From Anaerohalosphaeraceae bacterium (GTDB taxonomy: Bacteria; Planctomycetota; Phycisphaerae; Sedimentisphaerales; Anaerohalosphaeraceae), in contig JBNRMN010000071.1 of NCBI GenBank assembly GCA_050309605.1, positions 1 through 40,249 on the forward strand: 40,249 nucleotides of DNA, in the 5' to 3' direction. Below are positions 8,223-17,124 of this stretch, piece after piece. The first letter of the stretch is position 1, and every line of letters begins with the position of its first letter. The notes under the pieces are model-generated. The model did no database searches. It saw nothing but the letters and a program-made list of their open reading frames with translations, and was not told where the DNA came from. Both the position numbers and the translations under genes were made by a program.

Positions 8223-10021
8223 TAACGCCCCCGGAAGCATTTGTCCAAATGCTCTCTCGAAGGCGGCTGCGTAAAGAGACTGACCCCAATCGCGACAACA
8301 ATCGACACCGGCAGCGCCACCAGAAGCGGATCGACGACCGGCCAGTTCGGATAGTCCAGCAGCAGCGAGACCCGACCGAACAGCTTTTCACTCAGCCCGA
8401 TGGTTTGAGCCTCCTGACTTTTAATAAACGTCAGCCAGAACGCCGTAATCACAAACCCGACGACCATCGAACTAATGGCCCCGGCCCGCGTCATGCGCTT
8501 CCAGAACAGCCCGCCCACAAACGCCGGCAGAAACGCCGAAGCGCACAACCCGAAGAAAATCGCCGTCGCGCGGGCGATAAACGTGCTCTCGCGCTGATAA
8601 TAGCTGATCACCACCGCATAAATGATGCCGATGACAATCCCGATTCGCGTGATGGTGGTGCTTTTTCCGTGCTGGCCGGTCACCTGCTCATATACGTCGC
8701 GCCCGATACTCGTGCCGACCGTATGAAACTGGCTGCTGAGCGTACTCATCGCCGCCGACAGCAGCGTCAGCAAAAACAAAAGCCCGAACCACGTCGGCAT
8801 GGCACTGATGATATAGGATGGAATAATCTCGTCGGCCGAACCGCCGGCATAAACGATTGAAATGCTGCGCCCCGTTTGCAGAGCCACCGTTTGACCTTCC
8901 ACTTGGACCTGCTGACCAACGTCGCCGGACAGCTTGACCGGCGCGACTTTGCCCTCCACATCCTGCCAGAGTCCCGCCTCGTTCTGACTCATCAATTGCA
9001 GCGACGCCAGATTCTTTTCGGCGTCCAGCACCTTGACAACACGGCCGGTCAACTCCGGCCCGTTTTCCGCAAAATACGCATTCGACAGCGACCCGACCGT
9101 AAAGGCCACCCCCGTCATCACGAGAATAAAAACACCCCCGACCAGCGCCGCCCGATTCAGCTCGCGTCGGCTCCGCACGGTCATAAACCGCACCACCAAC
9201 TGCGGCTGGGCCAACACGCCGATACCCACCCCCATCGTAATCGTGCCGATCACAATCCACCACAAATTATATTCCGGACTGCCCCAGCCGAACTTCGGCA
9301 TCGCCGTCCAGCCCTGATGACCAATGGCCTGCAGATTCGCCGGCGCCAGCGGCGCTAAATCGCTGAGCTTCTGATGCGCTTCGGAAACCCCACCCAAAAA
9401 ACGATAGCAGAACACCAGCAGCGCAAACATCCCCACGAACATAATCGTTCCCTGCAGGGCGTCCGAATACATCACGCCCTTCAAGCCGCCAACGATGACA
9501 TACGCGGCGATGATGACACTGAACAGCAGCAAAGCCGCCGGGTACGGCATCTCAAACTCCGACGCCACAAACACGCTGCCCCCGATCAACACCGCCGCCG
9601 CATACAGCGGAATAAACAGAAAAATGACAATCCCTGAAAAAATCTGGATAAATCGACTCTCATAACGACGGCCCAAGAACTCCGGAAACGTATGCGCATC
9701 CAGGTGATGCCCCATGCGTCGGGCCGGCGGCGCAAGAAACACAAACGCGATAAAAATCCCCACAAAGATATTGCACACCGTCAGCCACAGCACACTCATC
9801 CCGAACAGGCCCGCCACCCCGCCAAAGCCTACAATCGCACTGGTGGAAATAAACGTCGCCCCGTAGCTCATCGCCATCACAAACGGATGCACCTGCCGGC
9901 CGGCAACGAGATAATCCGTTGCGCTTTTCGTGCGCAAATAACCCATGATCCCCAGATAGACAATGACCAGCAGATAAACCAGAACGACAATAATTTCTGC
10001 AATTTCAACTTCCGCCAACAT
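8222..10021 (-). CDS. Sodium:solute symporter (SSS) family transporter
   Basis: DYLVAGR, ATFISTSAIVGFGG, GGLKGVMYSD, QPQLVVRF and LSAAMSTLSSQ motifs, with many transmembrane segments. Confidence 0.94.
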   Translation of the reverse strand: MLAEVEIAEIIVVLVYLLVIVYLGIMGYLRTKSATDYLVAGRQVHPFVMAMSYGATFISTSAIVGFGGVAGLFGMSVLWLTVCNIFVGIFIAFVFLAPPARRMGHHLDAHTFPEFLGRRYESRFIQIFSGIVIFLFIPLYAAAVLIGGSVFVASEFEMPYPAALLLFSVIIAAYVIVGGLKGVMYSDALQGTIMFVGMFALLVFCYRFLGGVSEAHQKLSDLAPLAPANLQAIGHQGWTAMPKFGWGSPEYNLWWIVIGTITMGVGIGVLAQPQLVVRFMTVRSRRELNRAALVGGVFILVMTGVAFTVGSLSNAYFAENGPELTGRVVKVLDAEKNLASLQLMSQNEAGLWQDVEGKVAPVKLSGDVGQQVQVEGQTVALQTGRSISIVYAGGSADEIIPSYIISAMPTWFGLLFLLTLLSAAMSTLSSQFHTVGTSIGRDVYEQVTGQHGKSTTITRIGIVIGIIYAVVISYYQRESTFIARATAIFFGLCASAFLPAFVGGLFWKRMTRAGAISSMVVGFVITAFWLTFIKSQEAQTIGLSEKLFGRVSLLLDYPNWPVVDPLLVALPVSIVVAIGVSLFTQPPSREHLDKCFRGR

Positions 10022-10090
10022 CGGTCAATCTCCTTTAAGTCGTCATCGAAAAAGGACACCCTCCGCGCAATGCGATGCGAAGCACACCGA

Positions 10091-10261
10091 TTACAAGTCC
10101 TCTTCGACCTTTTTCTCTTCCGCAATCCATTTGACGTCATCCGGCTCAACCGGCTCATCCCCCCGGTTCCAATTGATCAGGCCATAGATCACACACAGAG
10201 CGGTACTGAACAGACAGAGCAAATACGCCGCCAGAACCCCCTTATCTTCAATTCCGAGCAT
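10091..10261 (-). CDS. Symporter small accessory membrane protein (56 aa, absent from the ORF track)
   Basis: Hand translation: MLGIEDKGVLAAYLLCLFSTALCVIYGLINWNRGDEPVEPDDVKWIAEEKKVEEDL*. GGAGG RBS, one TM helix and an acidic tail, directly upstream of the SSS gene. Confidence 0.85.
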   Translation of the reverse strand: MLGIEDKGVLAAYLLCLFSTALCVIYGLINWNRGDEPVEPDDVKWIAEEKKVEEDL

Positions 10262-10328
10262 AGGGACCTCCTTTGAGGCAAACCTCTATAAAAGATCTTT
10301 TGACTCTCTAATGTTTCTATAAACAAAA

Positions 10329-10357
10329 ACTATAAAGCGCGCATTTCACAAAAGCAA
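10329..10357 (-). promoter_or_regulatory. Putative sigma-70 promoter of the symporter-porin unit
   Basis: Minus strand TTGCTT-N17-TATAGT. An inverted repeat aaagcgcg/cgcgcttt (10334-10365) overlaps it. Confidence 0.55.
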
Positions 10358-10587
10358 CGCGCTTTTTTGAATATTTTGTATTTTTTTCGGCTTTTTAGTC
10401 GATTTTTATGAGGGTTTTCGTGTTTTTTTTCGATCTTTTTGTTCTTTTTTCACAAAAACAGTGAGGGTAATATTCTTGCTTTACATTGTCTTTTTTATAT
10501 TCATGCTAACATTTGAACACAAAACCCTGACTACCGACTTGAATTTTGCGGCCGGCCGAGTGAAAAGTATTCCAAATTGACATCAAA

Positions 10588-11382
10588 TCAGCTTAACAAG
10601 CTCTGTGCATTTTCGTAAAAAAGCTTCTCCAGACGGCCTTGAGGCAGATTCAGCGACTCGATGGCCTTGATGGATTGCCTCTGATCGGTCCAGGGGCTGT
10701 CGGTGCCGAACAGGAGATACTCGGCCGGGTGATTCAGCAGCATCCGGCGGGCCTGTTCGGCCTCCAGACATTCCAGCGACCACGAGGTTTCCATATACAC
10801 GCAGCGTCCGATAAGATGCCGCTCCACATCGTCCCACTGCTGCCAGCCGCCCAAGTGGGTTGTAATCAGCCTCAGCGCCGGAAACTGCTGCAATACGGCT
10901 GAAATCTGCCGCGGCGAGGCCTTTTCCACCCGCTCAAAGGCGATATCAAAGCCCGTATGCAGCGTCAGCATCAGGTCGTGCCCGCAGATCGCCTCATAAA
11001 GCGAAAACAATGCCGGATCGTCCACGCAAAAATCCTGATAATAAGGGTGCATTTTAATCCCCTTGAACCCCGCCTGCGCGATTTGCCCGATCCGCTCAAT
11101 CGCCTTCGGATCGGCCGGATGCACGGAGGGAAACGGTACGATCCGCTCCGACGCAATTGCCTGCGACCACTCAAAAATCGGCTCAAATTGCTTTGGCCGC
11201 GTCGCAATACTGCATAAAACGCTTGTTTTAATGTGGTTATCGTCCATCGACTGAATCAGCGAGCGGACCCGACCATCCAGGAACGCCGTCACCCCGTCGG
11301 CCTCAGAGACCAACTGCCGAATCGCCCGCTCGGCCAGTGCGTCGGGGAAAGCGTGAGCGTGAAAATCAATAATTCGCTGCAT
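10588..11382 (-). CDS. Amidohydrolase_2 family metal-dependent hydrolase
   Basis: IIDFHAH, GIKMHP, LHTG, THLGG and LFGTDSPW motifs. ATG at 11382 chosen as the start. Confidence 0.88.
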   Translation of the reverse strand: MQRIIDFHAHAFPDALAERAIRQLVSEADGVTAFLDGRVRSLIQSMDDNHIKTSVLCSIATRPKQFEPIFEWSQAIASERIVPFPSVHPADPKAIERIGQIAQAGFKGIKMHPYYQDFCVDDPALFSLYEAICGHDLMLTLHTGFDIAFERVEKASPRQISAVLQQFPALRLITTHLGGWQQWDDVERHLIGRCVYMETSWSLECLEAEQARRMLLNHPAEYLLFGTDSPWTDQRQSIKAIESLNLPQGRLEKLFYENAQSLLS

Positions 11383-11505
11383 AATCTCATTCAAAATTGT
11401 GTGTTTTTGGGCTATTCTTAAACCATCGCAGCCAAAATATGCCGCCGTTATCGACAATTATATAAAAAGCGGATATTCAAGAAAGAAAAAAAGCAAAGCA
11501 ACTCA

Positions 11506-12996
11506 ATGGCACGACGACGAACCATTCTGGATGGCTATACCGATGAACCGGCCGGGCTGGGCGTTCCGCCGTTTTTCGGGACGTGGCCGCGTCGGGTCGC
11601 CGGTCGCTGCCGCGACCTGCCGGGGTATCTGCGGATCGACGATCTGCGGCTGTGCGCAGCGAAAAAGCCCTTCAAGCCGACCCGGCTCGATCCGCCGACG
11701 GGCAAAACCCGCATCGAATGGCTCAATCATACCCGCAGTCCCGACCAGACCCGCCGCATCCTTGAAAAAACCGACCAGCTTATCGTCATCGTCGGCGTCC
11801 AGACGCCGGGCAGCTATCTGTCCGCTGTGCCCGGCACGCTCGCGGAGGTCAAACGCCTGCTGGCGACTATTCGCTTCAAAGGGTCGGTCATCCTGACCGG
11901 CCCGGCGGCAGCAGCCGGCACGCAGCGGCGCGGCGGGGCGCAGGCGGAAATCGCAGAAGCCGCCGATTTTACCGACATCCGCACACTGGAGTTTGACAAT
12001 TACGCCGACATTCAGGACGAATGGATCCAGGGAGCAGAATTGCTCAAGGCGGTGCCGGGGCATTTGATTGTGGAAATCGAGACCGGTCGCGGCTGTCCGC
12101 GCCGGCCGGGCTGTTCGTTCTGTACCGAACCGATCAAAAATCCCCTCCAATGGCGGCCGCCGGGTTATATTGCCGAAGAAGTGCGGCGATTGAACGAGTT
12201 GGGCGCTGAGGCCTTTCGGCTGGGCAAACAATCCTGTATCTTCAGCTATTATGAAGGCGACCTGTCGGCGCTGGAGCAGCTCTTAAAGCCCATTGCCGCG
12301 CTGAGGCCGAACGTCCTGCACATCGACAACTGCAACCCGGCCATGGTGACCGAGCAGCGCACCGAACTGTTCGTTCGCTATCTGACCGCCGGCAGTGCCG
12401 CCGCGATGGGGATCGAATCGTTTGACCCCCAGGTCCAGCGGCAAAACAACCTCAACTGCGATACCGACACTGCCACGAAGGCCATCGGCATCCTGAATCG
12501 CATCGGGGCGGTTCGCGGCTCAAACGGTCTGCACGCCCTGCTGCCGGGCATCAACCTGCTGCTGGGACTGCCGGGCGAAACACCGAAGACCCTTGATATG
12601 AATCTGGACGCCCTGAAACACATTCTTGACGCAGGCCTGCTCGTCCGGCGAATCAACATTCGACAGGCAGTGCCGTACCCCGGCACGCCGCTGTATGAAA
12701 CGCACGGCCCGCATCTGCATATCAAGCACCAGTCGCTGTATGCCAACTGGATCGAAACCGTCCGCCGCGAAATCGACCTGCCGATGCTCAAGAAGGTCTT
12801 TCCCACCGGTACCGTTCTGACGGATTTGATTGCCGAAACACACGAGGGCAACGTGACTTTCTGCCGTCAGCTCGGCAGCTATCCGATCATCGTCGGGATT
12901 CGCCGGCGTCTGCCGCTCGGACAGAAGGTCACGGCCCGCATCACCGACCATATGCTCCGCAGTCTGACCGGCGAGGTTCTCAAAACCGACGATTAA
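11506..12996 (+). CDS. Radical SAM protein, COG1031-like (archaeal-type Fe-S oxidoreductase)
   Basis: N-terminal ILDGYTDEPAGLGVPP, EIETGRGCPRRPGCSFCTE, FRLGKQ, RRINIRQ and C-terminal RQLGSYPI (TRAM-like). Confidence 0.82.
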   Translation: MARRRTILDGYTDEPAGLGVPPFFGTWPRRVAGRCRDLPGYLRIDDLRLCAAKKPFKPTRLDPPTGKTRIEWLNHTRSPDQTRRILEKTDQLIVIVGVQTPGSYLSAVPGTLAEVKRLLATIRFKGSVILTGPAAAAGTQRRGGAQAEIAEAADFTDIRTLEFDNYADIQDEWIQGAELLKAVPGHLIVEIETGRGCPRRPGCSFCTEPIKNPLQWRPPGYIAEEVRRLNELGAEAFRLGKQSCIFSYYEGDLSALEQLLKPIAALRPNVLHIDNCNPAMVTEQRTELFVRYLTAGSAAAMGIESFDPQVQRQNNLNCDTDTATKAIGILNRIGAVRGSNGLHALLPGINLLLGLPGETPKTLDMNLDALKHILDAGLLVRRINIRQAVPYPGTPLYETHGPHLHIKHQSLYANWIETVRREIDLPMLKKVFPTGTVLTDLIAETHEGNVTFCRQLGSYPIIVGIRRRLPLGQKVTARITDHMLRSLTGEVLKTDD

Positions 12997-13023
12997 GCCG
13001 CCGGGCGCCTTTCAATTTGCACT

Positions 13024-13052
13024 TTGCCAAACGCCGCGGTTTTGTGTAGAAT
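13024..13052 (+). promoter_or_regulatory. Putative sigma-70 promoter for nif3-like/scpB
   Basis: TTGCCA-N17-TAGAAT, 66 bp upstream of the ATG. Confidence 0.55.
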
Positions 13053-13118
13053 CGGCCTGTTGGACAGCACATACGTAGGCTGGCAAAGAGTTGAACCGTT
13101 TTTCAGGATACAGACACG

Positions 13119-14231
13119 ATGAAACTTAAGCAGATTCGTGAGGCGATTGAACACATCGCGCCGCTGAAGCTGGCCCAGGACTGGGACAATGTGGGCTTTC
13201 TGATTGGCGACCGGCAACGGGACATCACGCGGATTATGATGACGATTGATACGACACAGGCGGTTGTGGCCGAGGCCAAACGGTTCAAGGCCGATTTGAT
13301 CCTGGCCTACCACCCGGTTATCTGGGACGGACTGAAGCGGATTACCGCCGACGGGGCGACGGCGCCGATTTACGAGCTGATTCAGGCCAATATCGGTGTT
13401 TTTTCGATTCACACGGCACTGGATACCGCTGCCGGAGGGATCAACGACGCGCTGGCGTCGATCTTTCCCTTGGTCGATGCTGAGCCTATCGGCGATTATG
13501 TGGCCGACCCGGCCGGGCCGCACTACAAGCTGATTACCTTCATTCCAAAAGATGCGGTCAATACCGTCGCCGAGGCGCTGTACGCCGCCGGAGCCGGCGC
13601 CATCGGGCAATACTCCCACTGTGGTTTTATGACCGAGGGGGTCGGAACGTTTCTGCCGCTGGACGGCGCCCGCCCGGCCATTGGCCGACGCGGCCGGCTC
13701 GAACATGTCGAAGAGATCCGCCTCGAAACGGTCGTTGCCGCCGAAAAGGTCGCCGCCGTCATTGCCGCTCTTCGAAAAGCTCACCCCTATGAAACGCCCG
13801 CGTTTGATGTTTTTCGCCATTACGAACTCGAAAATCGGTTGGGTCTGGGGCGGATGGGACGACTTGAAAAACCGATGTCGCTGGATTCGGTCATCAACAA
13901 CGTCCGCCGCATCACCGGCGCCAAGGCCGTCGGCCTGATCGGCCCGGCCCGACGCACTGTTCGCACCGCCGCCGTGTGTGCCGGTTCCTGCGGCAAGCTG
14001 CTGGATACCGTCATCGCCGCCGGCTGCGATCTGTATTTAACAGGCGAATTGAAGCATCATCAGGCCCTGGCCGCACAGGAAGCGGGGCTGACCTGCCTTT
14101 GTCTGTCGCATTCGGTCTCGGAGCGATTCGCCCTGAAAAATCTGGCCAAAACATTGAAAAAACGCCTCAAAAACGTCACAATACGCTTGAGTCAAAAGGA
14201 TGCCGACCCCTTCACCTGGAAACCACTGTAA
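13119..14231 (+). CDS. Nif3-like dinuclear metal-centre protein (YqfO type with PII-like insertion)
   Basis: WDNVG, YHP, HTALD, AGAGAIGQYSHC, AHPYETPA, TGELKHH and HSVSE motifs. Confidence 0.92.
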   Translation: MKLKQIREAIEHIAPLKLAQDWDNVGFLIGDRQRDITRIMMTIDTTQAVVAEAKRFKADLILAYHPVIWDGLKRITADGATAPIYELIQANIGVFSIHTALDTAAGGINDALASIFPLVDAEPIGDYVADPAGPHYKLITFIPKDAVNTVAEALYAAGAGAIGQYSHCGFMTEGVGTFLPLDGARPAIGRRGRLEHVEEIRLETVVAAEKVAAVIAALRKAHPYETPAFDVFRHYELENRLGLGRMGRLEKPMSLDSVINNVRRITGAKAVGLIGPARRTVRTAAVCAGSCGKLLDTVIAAGCDLYLTGELKHHQALAAQEAGLTCLCLSHSVSERFALKNLAKTLKKRLKNVTIRLSQKDADPFTWKPL

Positions 14232-15019
14232 TGCAAAACACAAAACAAGACATAAAAGACACAAAACAAAACGAGTCCACTGAACCGGCTGATTCAACCG
14301 CGACCGACGCCGGACAGGCCGAGCCGGTGCCCTTTGAGCCGGACGAAGCTCGGGCCCAAAAGCCGGAACCGGAGGATGAATTTGCCGACCCGACCCCGCA
14401 CGAAACGCGCACCGACCCTCAGGCCGACGAGCAGGATGATGATTCCGATGATGCGGATGACCAGGCCGAGCCGCTGGAACCGGAAGAATATGAGACGACG
14501 CTGGAAAACGTTATTGAGGCAGTGCTGTTCGCCGCCGACGAACCGATCAGCCCCAAGCGGCTGGTCGATATCGCCGAGGCCGGGTCGGTCAAGCGGATTC
14601 GCCAGTGCGTGCGCGACCTGAATAAAAAATACAAACAGGGCGGCTTTTCGTTTCGAATCGAAAAAATCGCCGGCGGCTATCAGATGATGACCCTGCCGGC
14701 CTTTAATCCGTGGCTCAGCAAGCTGATTAAGGTTCGCACCGACAGCAAGCTGTCCCCCGCGGCACTGGAGACGCTGGCGGTAATCGCCTATAAACAGCCT
14801 ATCATCCGCGCCGACGTGGAGGCCGTCCGCGGCGTGGCCTCCGGCGAGGTCATCCGCAACCTGATGTACAAGGGACTGGTCAAGATCGTCGGCCGCGCCG
14901 AAATCCTCGGCCGACCGATGCTCTACGGCACCACCAAAAAATTCCTCGACGCCTTCGGCCTGAATTCCCTAAAAGACCTGCCCAAAGTCGATGAACTCAA
15001 AAACCCGGAAAAAAGCTGA
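14231..15019 (+). CDS. scpB: SMC-Scp complex subunit ScpB with an acidic N-terminal extension
   Basis: IEAVLFAA, AGGYQM, LSPAALETLAVIAYKQPI and GRPMLYGTTKKFLDAFGL. ATG overlaps the nif3 stop (TAATG). Confidence 0.92.
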   Translation: MQNTKQDIKDTKQNESTEPADSTATDAGQAEPVPFEPDEARAQKPEPEDEFADPTPHETRTDPQADEQDDDSDDADDQAEPLEPEEYETTLENVIEAVLFAADEPISPKRLVDIAEAGSVKRIRQCVRDLNKKYKQGGFSFRIEKIAGGYQMMTLPAFNPWLSKLIKVRTDSKLSPAALETLAVIAYKQPIIRADVEAVRGVASGEVIRNLMYKGLVKIVGRAEILGRPMLYGTTKKFLDAFGLNSLKDLPKVDELKNPEKS

Positions 15020-15088
15020 CCGTAGTCCGGGCCGTACCCACCATTTTATAGACACAGATGGACACAGATTTTTAGGAAGGAGTAACTT

Positions 15089-15175
15089 GTGGCAGAAAGC
15101 GGCGAACCGAAATTTGACGAAATTGGAGTTTGGTCAGAAATTAAGCTGGAGATACTGAGAAAGTATGCCCCCTAA
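15089..15175 (+). pseudogene. N-terminal remnant of a three-Cys-motif partner protein (TcmP-like)
   Basis: AAGGAG RBS and GTG start. Translates as MAESGEPKFDEIGVWSEIKLEILRKYAP*, matching the TcmP N-terminal pattern (DEIG.WSE.KL.I...Y). It lies next to the DUF5131 fragment. Confidence 0.65.
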
Positions 15176-15206
15176 TGAATAAATATAGAGATGTGGGGAT
15201 AGTTTG

Positions 15207-15422
15207 ATGTCAGCGCAAACGGCTATTGAGTGGACTGAATGTACGTGGAACCCGGTCAGCGGGTGTACCAAGATCAGTCCGGGTTGTGCGCATTGTTATG
15301 CTGAGCGGATGGCCAAACGTCTGCAGGCGATGGGACAGTATCGCTATCGCAACGGCTTTGCCGTTACGCTGCATCCGGAGGCGATTGATGAGTTAACCGT
15401 CTATCACCAGTCGAACTGGTAG
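15207..15422 (+). pseudogene. Truncated DUF5131 (phage Gp37/Gp68-like three-Cys motif) gene
   Basis: [33 protein letters not shown] is the family N-terminus. The ORF stops after about 71 aa, whereas full-length members are over 200 aa. Confidence 0.8.
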
Positions 15423-15454
15423 TAGATGATTCCGCGTCTGTCTGTGTATAACCG

Positions 15455-17074
15455 CTATCCGGTTTCGCGGCACAGTTCGATGTGTCGTGCAAAGTCGGTA
15501 TCGTTGCGGTCGGGGAAATCCTGTCGAAAGTGCACGCCGCGGGATTCCTGCCGCCGGTCGGCTGATTGAGCCATCAGCAATGCGACGGTGAGCATATTTT
15601 GACATTCCCAGCCGAACGGGGTGGTGAAGACCTTGTCCATCACATACCGCTGCCAGAAGCGAATAATCTCCTGTGCTTCGGTCAGCGGCTGGGCCTGTCG
15701 GGTGATGCCGACGTTGCGCCACATCAGCGCCCGCAGCGAATTGCGCACGTCCTCGGCATCCAGCCGACTGCGGTCGGAGACGGGAATTTCGATTTCGATG
15801 CGATGGTGTCGGGCGCGATGACCGTCCCGGACCCAGGTTGCGGCTGATTGTCCGGCCACTTTGCCGAATACCAGCCCTTCCAGCAGCGAATTGCTGCCGA
15901 GCCGATTGGCCCCGTGCAGACCGGTCGAGGCCGCCTCGCCGCAGGCAAACAGTCCCGGTATCGTCGTCGCGGCGTGGAGATCGACCTTGACGCCGCCGAT
16001 CATATAATGGGCGCTGGGACGAACGGGAATCAGATCGACGGCCACATCGATATCAAAACTTTCGCACAGTTCACTGATCAGCGGAAATCGCCGGCGAAAA
16101 TGCGCCTTGTCAAAGTGCCGAATATCCAGATAGACGTGCGTGGTTTTGGTCTTGAGCATCCGATCCAGAATCGCCCGGCTGACCACATCACGCGGCGCCA
16201 GTTCCGCGTCCGGATGGTACTCGTTCATAAACGGCTGGCCGGTCGCATCCCGCAGGATCGCCCCTTCGCCGCGGAGCGTCTCGGTAATCAGCGCCCGCGA
16301 GGCCCCGGCAATATACAGCGTCGTCGGATGAAACTGCATAAACTCCATATCCCGCAATACCGCCCCGGCCCGATAGGCCATCGCCAGCCCGTCGCCGGTA
16401 GCGCAGTCGGGGTTGGTGCTTTCGCGATACAGCCGCCCGGCGCCGCCGGTGGCCAGAATCGTCGCCCCGGCCCAGATGATCTGCAGCGAACCGGAGGCCT
16501 TCAGGCCGATCGCACCGATACACACGTTGTCCGCATCGGTCAGCACGTCAATGGTAAAAAAGTTTTCCATTACGTGAATACCCGCAGCCTGGCGGACTTT
16601 GCTGAACAGCGCCTCGGCGATGCCCCGACCGGTCGAATCGCCGCGGGCATGAATGACGCGGGCGTAGCTGTGGCCGCCCTCGCGGGTGGCGTCGATTTGC
16701 CCATCGACCCGATCAAAGGCCGTGCCCCAGGCGTCCAGCTCCTCGATCAAGGCGGGCGCTTCCTTGACGACGCACTGCACCACACCGCGCTCGCACAGGC
16801 CGCAGCCGGTCGCCAGTGTGTCGGCGATGTGGCTGTCGAAACTGTCCTCATCGGCCAGCACCGCCGCGATGCCGCCCTGGGCGTTCCAGGTGTTGCTGTC
16901 GCTGAACGTGCCCTTGCAGACCAGCATCACGCTGCCGTGCCGCGCCGCTTCCAGTGCCGCCCGCAAACCGGCAATCCCGGCCCCAATGACCAGAAAATCC
17001 GTAAACACCTGCTGCGTCGTGGTCGTATCCACCCCCGTTAAATATCGTCGTATCTCCGCCTGTCGCGTCGGCAT
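15455..17074 (-). CDS. nadB: L-aspartate oxidase
   Basis: GAGIAGL, AQGGIAA, REGGHS, QFHPT, ELAPRDVVSR, GLHGANRLGSNSLLEG and RQESRGVH. An alternative start is TTG at 17089. Confidence 0.95.
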   Translation of the reverse strand: MPTRQAEIRRYLTGVDTTTTQQVFTDFLVIGAGIAGLRAALEAARHGSVMLVCKGTFSDSNTWNAQGGIAAVLADEDSFDSHIADTLATGCGLCERGVVQCVVKEAPALIEELDAWGTAFDRVDGQIDATREGGHSYARVIHARGDSTGRGIAEALFSKVRQAAGIHVMENFFTIDVLTDADNVCIGAIGLKASGSLQIIWAGATILATGGAGRLYRESTNPDCATGDGLAMAYRAGAVLRDMEFMQFHPTTLYIAGASRALITETLRGEGAILRDATGQPFMNEYHPDAELAPRDVVSRAILDRMLKTKTTHVYLDIRHFDKAHFRRRFPLISELCESFDIDVAVDLIPVRPSAHYMIGGVKVDLHAATTIPGLFACGEAASTGLHGANRLGSNSLLEGLVFGKVAGQSAATWVRDGHRARHHRIEIEIPVSDRSRLDAEDVRNSLRALMWRNVGITRQAQPLTEAQEIIRFWQRYVMDKVFTTPFGWECQNMLTVALLMAQSADRRQESRGVHFRQDFPDRNDTDFARHIELCRETG

Positions 17075-17124
17075 CGCATTCGCTTTCAAAACATAAAGGT
17101 CAAAAAAAAATTACACTTGAAACA

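Noticed and set aside
10370..10580. Long T-rich tract upstream of the symporter promoter as a possible ncRNA
   Set aside because: Low complexity with no convincing stems. More likely UP-element or promoter DNA.
13976..14230. Extended 5' part of the 347-aa ORF containing scpB
   Set aside because: It overlaps the nif3-like gene by 255 bp. The ATG at 14231, coupled to the nif3 stop, is the more plausible start.
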